A DNA stretch of 64,000 bases from Macrostomum lignano (taxonomy: Eukaryota): NCBI GenBank assembly GCA_002269645.1, contig NIVC01001181.1, forward strand, positions 279,387-343,386, in the 5' to 3' direction. A program made the position numbers and the translations under genes. The notes beneath the pieces were generated by a model. It was not told the origin of the DNA and ran no database searches. It saw only the letters and a program-made list of their open reading frames with translations. Below, piece after piece: positions 38,001-52,415 of this stretch (its first letter is position 1; every line of letters begins with the position of its first letter).

Positions 38001-39734
38001 AGTATTGGTGAATGGATGCTTCAGTATTGGTGAATGGATGCTTCAGTATTGGTGAATGGATGCTTCAGTATTGGTGAATGGATGCTTCAGTATTGGTGTA
38101 TTGATGCTTCAGTATTGGTGAATGGATGCTTCAGTATTGGTGAATGGATGCTTCAGTATTGGTGAATGGATGCTTCAGTATTGGTAAATGGATGCTTCAG
38201 TATTGGTACATGTAAATGGGTGGATAAGGATCGGTGAATAGGTGAATTAGGATCGGTAAATAGGTGAATTAGGATCGGTGAATAGGTGAATATTAGGATC
38301 GGTGAATAGGTGAATTAGGATCGGTGAATAGGTGAATATTAGGATCGGTGAATAGGTGAATTAGGATCGGTGAATAGGTGAATATTAGGATCGGTGAATA
38401 GGTGAATTAGGATCGGTGAATAGGTGAATTAGGATCGGTGAATAGGTGAATTAAGATCGGTGAATAGGTGAATTAGGATCGGTGAATTAGGATCGGTGAA
38501 TTAGGATCGGTGAATAGGTGAATATTAGGATCGGTGAATAGGTGAATTAGGATCGGTGAATAGGTGAATTAGGATCGGTAACTAGGTGAATGAGGATCGG
38601 TGAATAGGTAAATTAGGATCGGTGAATAAGTGAATTAAGATCGGTGAATAGGTGAATTAGGATCGGTGAATAGGTGAATTAGGATCGGTGAAAGTGTTGG
38701 TAAATATACCAATAAGGCCCTAGTAACCAACCTCTGACAGAGCCTCCTTGGTCCGCAAATCGTACAGGTGCAGCACGTCAAAATGCGGGTACCTGACTGA
38801 GGGCATCAAAACCAAGCATTTAGTCTCGTCCGGTGCGATTTCGCCGCGTACTAGTTCGACCGAGAATTCGGTGAATTGTTTGCCAAATATGCCGAGAAAT
38901 TTGTTAATCTGCAGATCCACCAGGCCGAATTGAGAGGCCATGTTGCGAACCAGGTGCAGCACAATTAGGTGGCCACGGTAGCATAGGACGGACTTGACGT
39001 GGAAGTTCTGCAAAAATACAAGATTATTGCAGAGGGTTGCTTGAATATGGTAAAAAATTGAAAACTCAAAAACACGCAGTCATACATAGATCCGGGGTCC
39101 TCTTCGTTTGGGGCCATTTGTCACAGTTGTTTGATGTAATATAGGGGTGATATGTCCTCCTTTATCTGGGGTCATTTGTCCTCCTTTATCTGGGGTCATT
39201 TGTCCTCCTTTATCTGGGGTCATTTGTCCTCCTTTATCTGGGGTCATTTGTCCTCCTTTATCTGGGGTCATTTGTCCTCCTTTATCTGGGGTCATTTGTC
39301 CTCCTTTATCTGGGGTAATTTGTCCTCCTTTATCTGAGGGGTCATTCGTCCTCCTTTATCTGGGGTCATTTGTCCTCCTTTATCTGAGGGGTCATTCGTC
39401 CTCCTTTATCTGGGGTCATATGTCCTCCTTTATCTGGGGTCATTTGTCCTTCTTTATCTGTGGGTCATTTTCCTTTTATGGGGATCATCTGTTCTCCACG
39501 CGCGGACGCGACTCACCTGAATCGAAGACAAATGAGCGGGTATATGATTGTACTCGAAGTGCTCAGCCATTCGAGCAAATTTCGCTCGCTTAGGTGGCCT
39601 GGAGCCGCAGCCGGATGTGGTGCATTTCTTAGAAATCGGGATCAGAGTCTGCTGGTGGATGCAGAATCCTGGGAAGCATTCGCTGTAGAGCTTTGATGAG
39701 CATGAGAGCACAGACTGATCGAAGTTTGCAGCCT
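35095..39734 (-). CDS. Beta-propeller-like protein with C-terminal SOCS box; exons 39734-39517, 39007-~38728, 37617-37185, 36685-36319, 35229-35095
   Basis: GT-AG sites with compatible phases. The spliced C-terminus PQPLTLRAMAREVILQ|MWPDQYLCNQVLLPRRLQSYLKFL is a SOCS box (BC box plus Cul5 box). Strand-like repeats LHLYDLRT, FAFDP, ICVLDC, LLYTKAGHLLLAVT and VRVYCL. The exon 2/3 junction needs a weak GTTACT donor or a missing base or micro-exon. Confidence 0.75.
35275..36305. repeat. Intronic ~27-33-bp minisatellite (CAGGTGACAATACCCAGGTATCTATCACA) in two blocks, 35275-35840 and 36073-36305
   Basis: Tandem variants. The end of block 1 (about 35665-35840) is nearly duplicated in block 2. Confidence 0.9.
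36735..37110. repeat. Intronic 51-bp minisatellite carrying CCAAT motifs
   Basis: (TCTGATTGGTCGAGACTAGGATTGGCAGTCTCTCTCTATCCCTTCTCGTGT) repeated about 7 times. Confidence 0.95.
37676..38691. repeat. Two abutting 22-bp minisatellites: (GGTGAATGGATGCTTCAGTATT)n then (GGTGAATAGGTGAATTAGGATC)n
   Basis: About 24 copies at 37676-38207, then about 21 at 38225-38691. They fill the SOCS-box gene intron. Confidence 0.95.
39150..39450. repeat. Intronic 24-bp minisatellite (TGTCCTCCTTTATCTGGGGTCATT)n
   Basis: About 12 copies. Confidence 0.95.
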
Positions 39735-39759
39735 CTGTGGGAGTTGCAGTTGTTACAGG

Positions 39760-40235
39760 GTCATACAGACTGGATTCATTCTGGTCATATAGACTGGATT
39801 CGTTCTGGTCATATAGACTGGATTCGTTCTGGTCATACAGACTGGATTTATTCTGGTCATACAGACTGGATTCATTCTGGTCATATAGACTGCATTCTTT
39901 CTAGCCATACAGACTGGATTCATTCTGGTCATATAAACTGGATTCATTCTGGTCACACACACACTGGATTCGTTCTGGTCATTCTGGACATAAACTCTGT
40001 CTTGGCTTTGGTCATAGTCGGACTCGGTATTGGTCATACAGTGTGGCTCGGTTTTGCTCATACAGACTGGCTTGGTTTTGGTCATACAGACTTGCTCGGT
40101 TTTGGTCATACAGACTTGCTCGGTTTTGGTCATACAGACTGGCTTGGTTTTGGTCATACAGACTTGCTCGGTTTTGGTCATACAGACTTGCTTGGTTTTG
40201 GTCATACAGACTGGCTTAGTTTTGGTCATATTGAT
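39760..40235. repeat. Two related 24-bp minisatellites (CATACAGACTGGATTCATTCTGGT; CATACAGACTGGCTTGGTTTTGGT)
   Basis: Blocks at 39760-39985 and 40030-40235. Confidence 0.9.
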
Positions 40236-40686
40236 TGGGCTGATTTCAATCATTAAGACTGGCATCTAATAACACAGCAGATGCTAATGCCAATGCGTTA
40301 TTTTTATGCTCAAAGTATCACCTAAATCGGCACCACAGGATGCAAGCTTTTCAAAGTATCGAAGCGCGCCTTTCCTTGAAGTAATTTCGTCATATTATAT
40401 ACATATATAAATATTCCTGTAATGGTTCACTGCATATTGCATTTTATACAAAGCCAGTCACGCAAGTCTATCCACAGCCGCCGACTGATTAAATTATGTG
40501 AGCGTCTCAATTTTGCCGTCAGATAAAAACATCCAGGGCGGGGGTTCGCGTGACACCTGACATCTTTTTTTGAGTTTGAGATTTACAAGGCCGTGGGAAA
40601 TATAAATTGCAACGGGGCAGCTCAGTTTCCGAATTCATAAGCAGAAAAAATATTTCGAAGGCAACATCAAACTATCTGGGAGTGTA

Positions 40687-40960
40687 GCCGATATGTAGCG
40701 TCAGAAATATAAATTTATTTTGCCGATATGTAGCGTAAGAAATATAAACTACTTTTTAGCCGATATGTAGTGTCAGAAATATAAATCAAATATTAGCAGA
40801 TATGTAGCGTCAGAAATATAAATCAAATTTTAGCTGATATGTTGCGTCAGAAATACAAATCAAATATTAACCGATATGTAGCGTCAGAAAAATAAATTAG
40901 TTTTTAGCCGATATGTAGCGTCAGAAATATAAATCAAAGTTTAGCCGATATGTAGCGTCG
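40687..40960. repeat. ~42-47-bp tandem repeat (GCCGATATGTAGCGTCAGAAATATAAAT core)
   Basis: About 6-7 imperfect copies. Confidence 0.85.
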
Positions 40961-42559
40961 AATATACTTCCGTATAAAGTGCGAAATTTCGATTTGTGCC
41001 GCAGATAACTATCCGAAAAAAGAATAAATTTGAAAAGAAAATAACAAAAAAACTATTAGAACGACCTTTGATTGAAGAAAAGCTGAAAAGTTGCAGAAAC
41101 CAGACAAAAGCAAGCCAGAAGCGCCATGAACAGGATTTAAAGTGCGCGTGTGCACACCTGCACCGAAAGAAAGAGACTGGCTTCATTAGTGGCACAGAAG
41201 AAGAAATCATAGGCTGGTAGACAAGAAAAATCTAGGAGGAAAAGTCGGTCGAAAGAGAGAGAGAGGAAAATCCCCAATGGGATTAGTTCGACCTACTTTG
41301 ATATCCTGGAACTGATTTTCTTCCCATTAGATTCTCCCTGCGCAGGCGACTTATTAAGAAGAATTGGACCCGCTAATAGAATTTCCGGGCCTCACTGTTC
41401 CGCTCTGATTAGCAATTCTTAAAGGAGGCTGCGAGATTCCGGCAAAGCGCACCCCCAATTCAGGCATATTTCCTATTTGGAAGGAGAAGTCGCTTATCTG
41501 AATATAGGAAAATAATAAAATTTATGGGCTATTATTCCATCTAGTCACTAAGCAAGTGTACGCTACAAAATCTGGCTCTCTTGGAAAGTGCAAGCTAGCT
41601 AATCTAGCCAACCTAAAACAATACGCATCTTATTAACCTTTTCGCGCTGGAGCTAGAAATGCAAAAGCTCCCGTTCGTGCCGACATGGTCAGCTGGGCTG
41701 ACCATAGACTATAGCTAGAATCTTATTGCACCCCTGTGTAAAAGCCTTTCTCGCCAAGAAGGGAGCATTTTGGACTCGGCCTGGACAAATCTAGGGTCGA
41801 AAAAAGCAGTTTCAATGTGCATTTTACTTAATGCTCTCTGAATAGATTATGCAGTGTGTACACTCGATATCTGGCTACATGTATAAACACTCCGGTTCAC
41901 TTTAAAATCTGCAAGGCCTTTTTGAAATAGAAAGCATTGTTTAGCAATTTGACGATCATTATTCATATTTTTAATGCAGAACAATCAATTACTACAAACA
42001 ATGCATTGTCTGTAGGATCGTCAAACAGAAAAACAATGCAAAGAATCAGCGGACGCACTGGGACCGCTAATTGTTTATCCATTGCACCTACTTAATAAGC
42101 ACTTAATTCGAGTAGTGCATCATTTAATTGAAAATTAAATCTGCTACATCGGATTCTGAGACTGATGATGTCATCACAGAGAATGCTGAAACCCGGAATG
42201 CTCGGCAGGAACGGCTACTATGCAGCACATAACTTTTCTTTTACCATAAACTCCAAACAATTACCAGCAGTAAAGGCTGTTGGTCCATGGTCAGTCCGGC
42301 AGTCTTAAATTAAGAGACGATAAAAGAAATGCCAACCCACAGAGTGTTAGCATAAATATATGCCCTAAGACCTATAATAAGCCAATACTAATGCTTCCAT
42401 TCTGGCATTGGGACAGCAACTGTCAAAGAAACCCATCCTTGCTTGGTTTTTTTTCAACTGAAGCCTCGCTGACCAAAATGCCAATAGCAGTGTGCTGACT
42501 TCGCTTGCTGAAAAACATGCCGGTATAGAAATAGCTGATTAGTTCTTTCGCCCCTCCCA

Positions 42560-43440
42560 TCTTCCCATATATCTTCCTATCCCTCCTATCTTCCTATCCC
42601 TTCTATCTCCCCGTTCCTTCTATCTTTCCATCTATCTTCCTGTCCCTTCTATCTCCCCATTCCTTCTATCTTTCCTTCTATCTTCCTGTCCCTTCTATCT
42701 CCCCATTCCTTCTATCTTTCCATCTATCTTCCTGTCCCTCCTATCTCCCATCCCTCCTATCTCCCATCCCTCCTATCTCCCCATTCCTTCTATCTTCCCA
42801 TATATCACCCTATCCCTCCTATCTCCCATCCCTTCTATCTCCCCATTCCTTCTATCTTTCCATCTATCTTCCTATCCCTCCTATCTCCCCATTCCTTCTA
42901 TCTTTCCATCTATCTTCCTATCCCTTCTATCTCCCCATTCCTTCTATCTTTCCATCTATCTTCCTATCCCTTCTATCTCCCCATTCCTTCTATCTTTCCA
43001 TCTATCTTCCTATCCCTTCTATCTCCCCATTCCTTCTATCTTTCCATCTATCTTCCTATCCCTCCTATCTCCCCATTCCTTCTATCTTTCCATCTATCTT
43101 CCTATCCCTTCTATCTCCCCATTCCTTCTATCTTTCCATCTATCTTCCTATCCCTCCTATCTCCCCATTCCTTCTATCTCCCCATTCCTTCTATCTTTCC
43201 ATCTATCTTCCTATCCCTTCTATCTCCTATCTCTTTCCATCTCCCAACCCCGTCTATCTTCCCATTCCTTGAATCTCCAATCCCAACTATCTTCCCATCT
43301 ATCTCCCCATCCCTTCTATCTCCCATCCCTTCTATCTTCCTATCAATCTTCCCATCCCTTCTAACCCCAATCTTTTCTATCCCTTAATCCCGCGCCTATC
43401 ATCTAATCTCTTCCATCTCATAGCATCTTTCCGCTATCTC
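42560..43440. repeat. Pyrimidine-rich ~46-bp minisatellite (CCTTCTATCTCCCCATTCCTTCTATCTTTCCATCTATCTTCCTATC)
   Basis: Near-absence of G on the plus strand; tandem units degenerate at the ends. Confidence 0.9.
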
Positions 43441-44094
43441 CAAATCCATCCAAATTTTCTATCTTCTATTGTCGCTGAAAGAGTGCACGCGGCAGAGTTA
43501 ACATAAAAACTGAAATTCCTAGCAATCAAATCCCAAAAGACTTGTCCATAAATGAAAGAGTAGTAAACAAGCATTATTAGACTCCATAAAATCTGGCAGC
43601 TTAAATTAGGCCAGCTATTTAGGCAAAACTATTTTGTAGCCATCAATCAGTCTACAATAACGTAATGTACATATACCAGTTCTTCTACCAGTGCAGCTCG
43701 TGCAGAAATGGCTAACGAACAACAATAAACATATAAATTAATGAGTTATGGCCAGTGAAGACTTCGCGCAAATCATTAGGGAAATATCTCTGCATCTATG
43801 CCTGTGCACTTTTGGCAGACAGACAGACAGAATGTACTTTAGCCAAAGATTTAGTGTTCTTGTTGCTATTATAAGTGCTAGTTGCCTAACAGCCTGTGCA
43901 TTAACTGTAGTCATCGCTAAAGGACAGATTTATTACTGTGCTAATTAGACTTCGGGAATTGATTCCGTTAGGTGTTTGTCGCTAAGCAATAACTCCATGC
44001 TGAAGTACTCGTATACTCGTAAATATCGGAGTTGCAACAAACTAAAACGAATGAAAACATCACTGAAAACAGAGAAGTGGAGAGAAAAAGAGTG

Positions 44095-44762
44095 AGCTAG
44101 TGGGTGAGAAAGGATTAGAGTGGGTGAGAAAGGATTAGAGTGGGTGAGAAAGGATTAGAGTGAATGAAAAAGGATTAGAGTGGGTGAGAAAGGATTAGAG
44201 TGGGTGAGAAAGGATTAGAGTGGGTGAGAAAGGATTAGAGTGGGTGAGAAAGGATTAGAGTGGGTGAGAAAGGATTAGAGTGAATGAGAAAGGATTAGAG
44301 TGGGTGAGAAAGGATTAGAGTGAATGAGAAAGGATTAGAGTGGGTGAGAAAGGATTAGAGTGGGTGAGAAAGGATTAGAGTGAATGAGAAAGGATTAGAG
44401 TGGGTGAGAAAGGATTAGAGTGGGTGAGAAAGGATTAGAGTGAGTGAGAAAGGATTAGAGTGAATGAGAAAGGATTAGAGTGAGTGAGAGAGGATTAGAG
44501 TGAGTGAGAAAGGATTAGAGTGAATGAAAAAGGATTAGAGTGGGTGAGAAAGGATTAGAGTGAATGAGAAAGGATTAGAGTGGGTGAGAAAGGATTAGAG
44601 TGGGTGAGAAAGGATTAGAGTGGGTGAGAAAGGATTAGAGTGAATGAGAAAGGATTAGAGTGGGTGAGAAAGGATTAGAGTGGGTGAGAAAGGATTAGAG
44701 TGAGTGAGAAAGGATTAGAGTGAATGAGAAAGGATTAGAGTGAGTGAGAGAGGATTAGAGTG
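44095..44762. repeat. Purine-rich 20-bp minisatellite (GTGGGTGAGAAAGGATTAGA)n
   Basis: About 33 copies with GGG/GAA/GAG variants. Confidence 0.95.
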
Positions 44763-45404
44763 CGAGAGAGGCTGGAGCAGACACCTGACTAGCAACTAAC
44801 AAGCGCATTAGTAAAGCAAGTCTTCAATACCTAGCGAAGCACGCAATCTCACTGGAAAGCAGGTTAATAATAGCATACCTAGAGACAGATTATTAGTACA
44901 CGGCCACTTCCTTCCTGCTTAGTTTAATTTTAGAAAGCCTTAGACTGTAATATAAGCCAAAACACAGCGAGTTAGAGATAAGATAGGTACCAGTAATCCC
45001 CTTTGGGAGTGCATAAGCGAGCTGCAGAGGAGCTTGGGAATCGGGATGCTTGCGATGGGGAATTAATGATGGGACCGCAATGTGAGTCTGTTTTTTCAGA
45101 GTTTTCCTTAATCTAGAAGGCTTATCTTTTTCTACCGAAACTTCAAAGCAAATTACCGAGCCGCGGTAGGAGGGAGGATAAAAACAACCAAATTGCGGGG
45201 CTTTGACAATAATTTATGAGCAGTAAAGTTTTGCCGACTGTATCGGGTATTCGGTACGATAAACTACGAATAGAATAGTGTTTGAAGAGAGTGGGTCTTC
45301 CTCTTTTAGGAGACCCCAGCAGCCATTGGCATCTTTAAAACAATATTCTGATCATTTGTCGAACTCCCAGGATAAATTGTCTTGGGTTAGAAGCCATATC
45401 TTGG

Positions 45405-46085
45405 GGCATGAGCCTGGGTGGTGAGCCCTATACTGGGTCATGAGTCTCATCCTGGTTCATGAGCCCTATCCTGGGTCATGAGCCCTATCCTGGGTCATAA
45501 GCCCTATCCTGGGTCATGAGCCCTATCCTGGGTCATGAGCCCTATCCTGGGTCATGAGCACTATCCTGGGTCATGAGCACTATCCTGGGTCATGAGCCCT
45601 ATCCTGGGTCATGAGCCCTATCCTGGGTCATGAGCCCTATCCTGGGTCATGAGCACTATCCTGGGTCATGAGCCCTATCCTGGGTCATGAGCCCTATCCT
45701 GGGTCATGAGCACTATCCTGGGTCATGAGCACTATCCTGGGTCATGAGCCCTATACTGGGTCATGAGCCTCATCCTGGGTCATGAGCCCTATCCTGGGTC
45801 ATGAGACTCATCTTGGGTCATGAGCCTCATTCTGGGTCATGAGCCCTATCCTGGGTCGTGAGACTCATATTGGGTCATGGGCCTCCATTTTGTGCCATTA
45901 GAGTCATCCTGGGTCATGGGCCTCCATTTTGTGCCATGAGAGTCATCCTGGGTCATGGGCCTCCATTTTGTGCCATGAGAGTCATCCTGGGTCATGGGCC
46001 TCCATTTTGTGCCATGAGAGTCATCCTGGGCCATACCGGTAAGCCTCATTTTGGGTCATGAGCCCTATATTGGGTCATGAGACTC
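45405..46085. repeat. 19-bp minisatellite (AGCCCTATCCTGGGTCATG)n grading into a 39-bp derivative
   Basis: 19-bp units to about 45860, then about 4 copies of GAGTCATCCTGGGTCATGGGCCTCCATTTTGTGCCATGA. Confidence 0.9.
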
Positions 46086-47113
46086 ATTCTGGATATCAAG
46101 TTTAGAAGTTTTCCACAAAAATTTCCTAATGCTCGGTCACGAATCGTAGAGTTTTCAATTGTAGATTTATCGTCACTCGTGCATTGGTGAATTTTTCAAA
46201 GACACCAAAACTGCCTGATCAAAGGAATAAGATAATCGCTGCTTTTTTTATTTGGATCATTATTCAATACCGGAACGTGACGAATCATGATGCATGCAAT
46301 AATGAGTATTATGGGACGGACATTTGTAGACGGTCACAAGGGAATCTAGTAGATAATGATAATTCATAAACAGGAAAGCCGATAATAGAAAAAAATGAAT
46401 GCAATCAACATACGAGTATATCAAGGACCACCGGCAAGAGATTTACATTAGAAACCAACATATTATCAAGGACCACTAGCAAGAGATTTGGACTGGAAAC
46501 TCGAGTAAACCCGTGCAGGACTTTCTCACATCAACATATATCAAGGACCTCTGGCACGAGATTTGGAAATCAGCATATATCAAGGACCACAGGCAAAATA
46601 TCTGGATTGGAAACTCAGGTAAACTGATATTGGAATTTTCAAAAACAAATTTACACAGAAACGAATTCCAGTTCAGGAAATTACGGACAATTGCCTAAAA
46701 AAATCAATAAATTATACTTGTCAGTAAGATTACTCTGATTACTCTGGAGTCAATATCGCTAGAGAAGAAAGAAAGGGTCCTTGATCTGGCGCACAAGAGG
46801 CCGAGAGACAGATTGGAAGAAATCGAGCTCAAGTGAGCAGAGCAGAAGAGCTTAAGTAAGAAGCAGCGGATAATGATAAGACCCGCTTGCCGGGATCTGG
46901 AGGCCGCTAATAGAAAATCGAGGTGACACAGAATGGAGATAATGCAGAGAGGCTGAGAGGATTAATCTAAATCAAGGCTCCTGCGCCTACAGGCGTAAAT
47001 GAGATAGAAGAAAAATAAAACAAACGCTGAGGAAATCGAGTGCAGACTCTCGAGTACGCAGGCCCCGGGCTCATCGAAGCAAGACCGACAATGTTAATGC
47101 AATACTTCCCCAC

Positions 47114-47257
47114 TCGGCTCAGAAGCTGCTCCACGCCTAGGGGCAAGGGATGGAGAGCTCGGCTTGAAATTTCGGCTCCGGATTCGGAAATAGCGGGACT
47201 GTGCTTCTGTCGGTGATGGGAATACAAGTATTGGAAAACGTAAAAGTGCGATGTCGA
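47114..47257 (-). CDS. Possible additional internal exon of the SOCS-box gene (144 bp, phase-preserving)
   Basis: CCCCAG acceptor and GTGGGG donor. Length is 3n, it is open in the phase-1 frame ([30 protein letters not shown]...), and it is GC-rich. Confidence 0.3.
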
Positions 47258-47301
47258 CTGGGGGATATTGAGAGCAAGTGATTGAAGGGAGAGAAGCACA
47301 C

Positions 47302-47794
<493 letters not shown>

Positions 47795-48133
47795 CAACTG
47801 GAGAATCTTTACTAAGCTGATAGAACACCCCAAAAGCAGACCGAGAAGCAGGCAGGGCAGCAGCAATCTACACAAGAATAAGCCAGCCCAGAAAGCCGAA
47901 GGAGAGCACTATAGCTTGATTAAGAATCGACTTTCTGTAGAAGTTTCTCGCGCCCCTAAGCCCCCTTTTTTAGCGCGCTGAGCAAGTACGAAAGGAATTC
48001 GAGGAAGTGCGCCCGCTCTGCATGGGTAACTCAATTGCCGCTTATTAGGGGGACTGCACGAGTGACTTGTATAAGGAAGAGTTTGACAGGGAATCTCGAA
48101 AAAGGGAAAAAGAGATGAGAGGGAGAGTGGCGG

Positions 48134-48136
<3 letters not shown>

Positions 48137-48196
<60 letters not shown>
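48137..48196. repeat. (GA)n microsatellite
   Basis: About 30 dinucleotides. Confidence 0.95.
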
Positions 48197-48198
<2 letters not shown>

Positions 48199-48349
48199 AA
48201 GGCGACTCAAATACACAAAATATGAAACTCCAACTATAGCTAAATTATGCCAATTGAAACTTTCGAATAGCACAAAAAAGTTTGCATTTTGCTGATAAAA
48301 TTACTCAGGCTGACAGAAATTACTAGAGTACGCCTAGCACTGAGCACAG

Positions 48350-48495
48350 GCCGTTGAGCACTGGCTGGATGAGACAGTTGAAAAGCAAGTTCGATGACAG
48401 TCCTGTCTCCATCGCCCTCACACGCCTCTTATCTGCCTGCCCGACGGCCCATTTCACCCCAATCGATCCGGCGGGTCTCAAATCCATCGACTCGG
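48350..48495 (+). other. Isolated plus-strand exon-like segment
   Basis: Strong G|GTGAGT donor at 48496 and one open frame (PLSTGWMRQLKSKFDDSPVSIALTRLLSACPTAHF...). The acceptor is weak and no partner exons were found. Confidence 0.2.
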
Positions 48496-48904
48496 GTGAG
48501 TCGGCCTCAAGGGGTGAGGAAGGGGGGCGGTTTGGAAGAGACGGGAGAGAAGGTCAGGGCAAGCAGCAGCATCCAAACTGAGAATGCAGAGCAAACAGAA
48601 GGAACCGGTTAGCACTGAAGTAGCAAAGATCTGCAGTAGAGAAGGAGGACCCAGTCTAGTATAGTGCAAGGTGACGACTAGCGGGTGGAAAACTGTCAGA
48701 ACAGTTTAAAACTGACGGAACTAGCCTAATAGAATGCTGCTCAACGAGATGGAATCGATTAGCACTCGAGCATTGTAATTAAGATCAGTGGGTAGGTGAT
48801 CTGGCTATGCTACTGCCTCTCCCTCACGCACAAATCATTTAGCATTTAGGTATTTAAAACTTCCTGCTCCCATAATTACGGCCAGAGGAGGCTGAAATCA
48901 CCTA

Positions 48905-49548
48905 GATGAGATCATAGGAGACTCAAATCCCCAAGATGGGATTATAGGAGACTCAAATCCCCAAGAAAGGATCATAGGAAACTCAAATCCTCAAGATGGA
49001 ATCAGAGCAGACTCAAATCCTCGATATGGGATCATAGGAAACTCAAATCCCCAAGATGGGGTCAGAGGAGACTCAAATCCCCAAGATAGGATCACAGGAG
49101 ACTCAAATTCTCAAGACGGAATCAGAGCAGACTCGAATCCTCGATATGGGATCATAGGAGATTCAAATCCTCAAGACGGAATCAGAGCAGACTCGAATCC
49201 TCGATATGAGATCATAAAAGACTCAAATCCTCAAGACGGAATCAGAGCAGACTCGAATCCTTGATATGGGATCATAGGAAACTCAAATCCCCAAGATGGG
49301 ATCACAGGAGATTCAAATCCTCGATATGGGATCATATGAGACTCAAATCCTCGATATGGGATCATAGGAAACTAAAATCCCCAAGATGGGGTCAGAGGAG
49401 ACTCAAATCCCCAAGATAGGATCACAGGAGATTCAAATCCTCAAGACGGAATCAGAGCAGACTCGAATCCTCGATATGGGATCATAGGAGACTCAAATCC
49501 TTGATATGGGATCATAGGAGACTCAAATCCTCAAGATAGGATCAGAGA
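48905..49548. repeat. 30-bp minisatellite (GGGATCATAGGAGACTCAAATCCCCAAGAT-like)
   Basis: About 21 variant copies. Confidence 0.9.
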
Positions 49549-50169
49549 AAATGACATGTCATGTCAAGTATTTACTTACTTGGCTTGCAACAAAATACTT
49601 GGAGGAGACTCGAACAATGTAGGTGACGGTGAGTATTGTTTAATTTAAAGTAGCACTTAGTCGATCGCTCCGGCAACAAGAATATGCTTGGTCATTGATC
49701 TCAGCGTAAAGCGGTTAGTCTGAAGCATATTTCAGCTAGCTGCTAGTATAATATTCATAGAACTTCCTTTGTTAAGGAAGAAAAAACTTTTTAAGAAGCC
49801 AGCGAGTCAATGGAAGTCGAATCACGTGATTTGCGACGGTCATCATCCGCTTTCATTCTTTCTCCAGCTCAACCGAAGACTTCCACTCGATTTAGACTCA
49901 AGTAACTTTTCCATGCTATGAAAAATACTTCAAGTCTGAGCGTTTTAAGCGGCTTGTGCTTAAATGCTACTTTCCTTTGTTATTGTTTCCTTCCTCATTA
50001 GCAGTGTAGCCCGTACATTAGCAATTAACGTAAGCTGCATTGAATCTTTGTGAAATAAACTGCTTATTCCAATTAAAAGACAATTCTATTTAACTCTCTT
50101 GTTGTCTGTGGGGTTCTTTCTGTCTTACTGTCTGTTCAGAGCCTATCACTCGGTTATTGTCTGTCAGAG

Positions 50170-50590
50170 TCTCTGTCGCATTGTATGTTGGAGTCTTTTC
50201 TGTAGCACTGTCTGTTGGAGTCTGTCAGTCTGTCTGTCACATAGTCTATTGGAGTCTGTCAGTCTGTCTGTCACATTGTCTGTTGGAGTCTGTCAGTCTG
50301 TCTGTCACATTGTCTGTTGGAGTCTGTCAGTCTGTCTGTCACATTGTCTTTTGGACTTGGAGTCTGTCAGTCGGTCTGTCACATTGTCTGTTGGAGTATG
50401 TCAGTCTGTCTGTCACATTGTCTTTTGGAGTCTGTCAGTCAGTCAGTCGTTTTGTCTGTTGGAGTCTGTCAGTCTGTCTGTCACATTGTCCGTTGGAGTA
50501 TGTCAGTCTGTCTGTCGCATTGTCTGTTAGAGTCTTCTGTAGCATTTTCTGTTGGAGTCTGCCTATCATTTTGTCTGTTGGAGTCTGTAA
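50170..50590. repeat. ~34-bp minisatellite (TGTCTGTTGGAGTCTGTCAGTCTGTCTGTCACAT)
   Basis: About 11 imperfect copies. Confidence 0.85.
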
Positions 50591-50833
50591 GTCTATGTCT
50601 TTAAATGTCTATCAAAGTCTCTGACACTGCCTGTCTTACTGTCTGTTTCCTTCTGCCAATCAATCAGTCTTACAGTCTGTTTGCCTGCTGTCAGTCTAAA
50701 CAGCAGACTTTCCAGTCCATTATATCGTACTCGCACAACAGCAGGTTAGGGTTAGTATGTTTAAACAGTCCGACATCAGTGAAGACAAATATAAACTGGA
50801 CACAGGGCATGCGAGCACATATATCTGACTCAC

Positions 50834-50981
50834 CGTGGTGACCCCGGGCCCACTCGTTCAGCGAGCACCGGTGAATGCTGCCCCAGGACACAGACCGGCG
50901 TCTGACAGATTTCGGACCGGCTGAAGCCGGGGCGGAGCCGCTGTACAGCGAGCCAACGGGTCGACTCTCTTCCAGGCCCAT
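50834..50981 (-). CDS. Probable first coding exon of the SOCS-box gene (MGLEESRPVG...WARGHH)
   Basis: ATG at 50981 and a consensus G|GTGAGT phase-1 donor at 50833, matching the phase-1 acceptor at 39734 (G+AG=Glu). GC-rich. Confidence 0.45.
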
Positions 50982-51034
50982 GCTGCAAATGTTAGCGGCG
51001 GCACAGGCGATGCTAGTTGCTGTAGATTGACAGC

Positions 51035-51513
<479 letters not shown>

Positions 51514-52374
51514 CTAGCAAGGAGTTGAAGCGCCTAGAGACTAATAAACCTTCATTTAACCAGATTTACAAGAAAGTAATGAAACAAGTACAAAAATTAA
51601 TGTTTTTTTACCTTTTCTTCGCAGGCTATATTTAAAGTCGGTTAAAATAGTTTTTTCTCTGCTTCGAAAACTCTTCAAAAACTAAAATAGCCTAGGTCAC
51701 ATAAGCCACTTATTAGAACTGTAGAAAGCTAGTTTTAGGCCCGCCCAAACAAATACGGAGGAGCCTCAAACAGATTTTATAAGCAGCTGGTTGGAATTTG
51801 ACAGGAGACGGGGAAGGGGGAGAACAGGGGGAGAGGAAGGTAGTAGTGGCCCAGCAGCCAATGCGCTTTCAGCAACCTACTGGCTCAGCTAAAAGAGTAG
51901 AGGCCGCGGCGCAGGAAGAAGAAAGCAAGAACGCTCGAATGTGGCTGATCGGGCAGCAGCCAATTAAAAAGTGAGGAACCATCCGAATTCCCGAAGCGGC
52001 CGCATGGCGTGATTGGAACTGAAACAAACTGTCAGGGTTGGGCAGGACTAGGAGCGAGGCGTGCAGTTGAAGAGAGGGAGAGGGGAAGAGAGCCGAGCCG
52101 AGACAGATTAGACACGAGTCAAATCCGTCAAGTGTACACAGAGACAGAATCATTCATTTAAATAGTTGCCAGCCAGTGGCAGTCCCAGTCTGCCTGAGTG
52201 CCCCCCCCCCAGCCGAGACCGCTGAATGTCACTAGAGTGCATCGCGAGTGATGAGGGAGGTTTGTTGAGTGAGGCACAAGATCGATGAGAAAGAGGAAGC
52301 CTCAAGTGTCGGCCCAACCACCTACCTACCCAGCTGGAGGCTGTCTGTATCCAGTGCGAATATCTTCGATTAGC

Positions 52375-52415
52375 CAGGGGTGGGCAAACTTTTTAGAGAG
52401 TGGGCCAAATAATAC
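52375..52415 (+). mobile_element. Solo hAT-like transposon terminus (CAGGGGTGGGCAAACT...GGGCCAAAT)
   Basis: Matches the common CAGGGGTxGGCAAAC hAT TIR pattern. No partner TIR was found. Confidence 0.35.
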
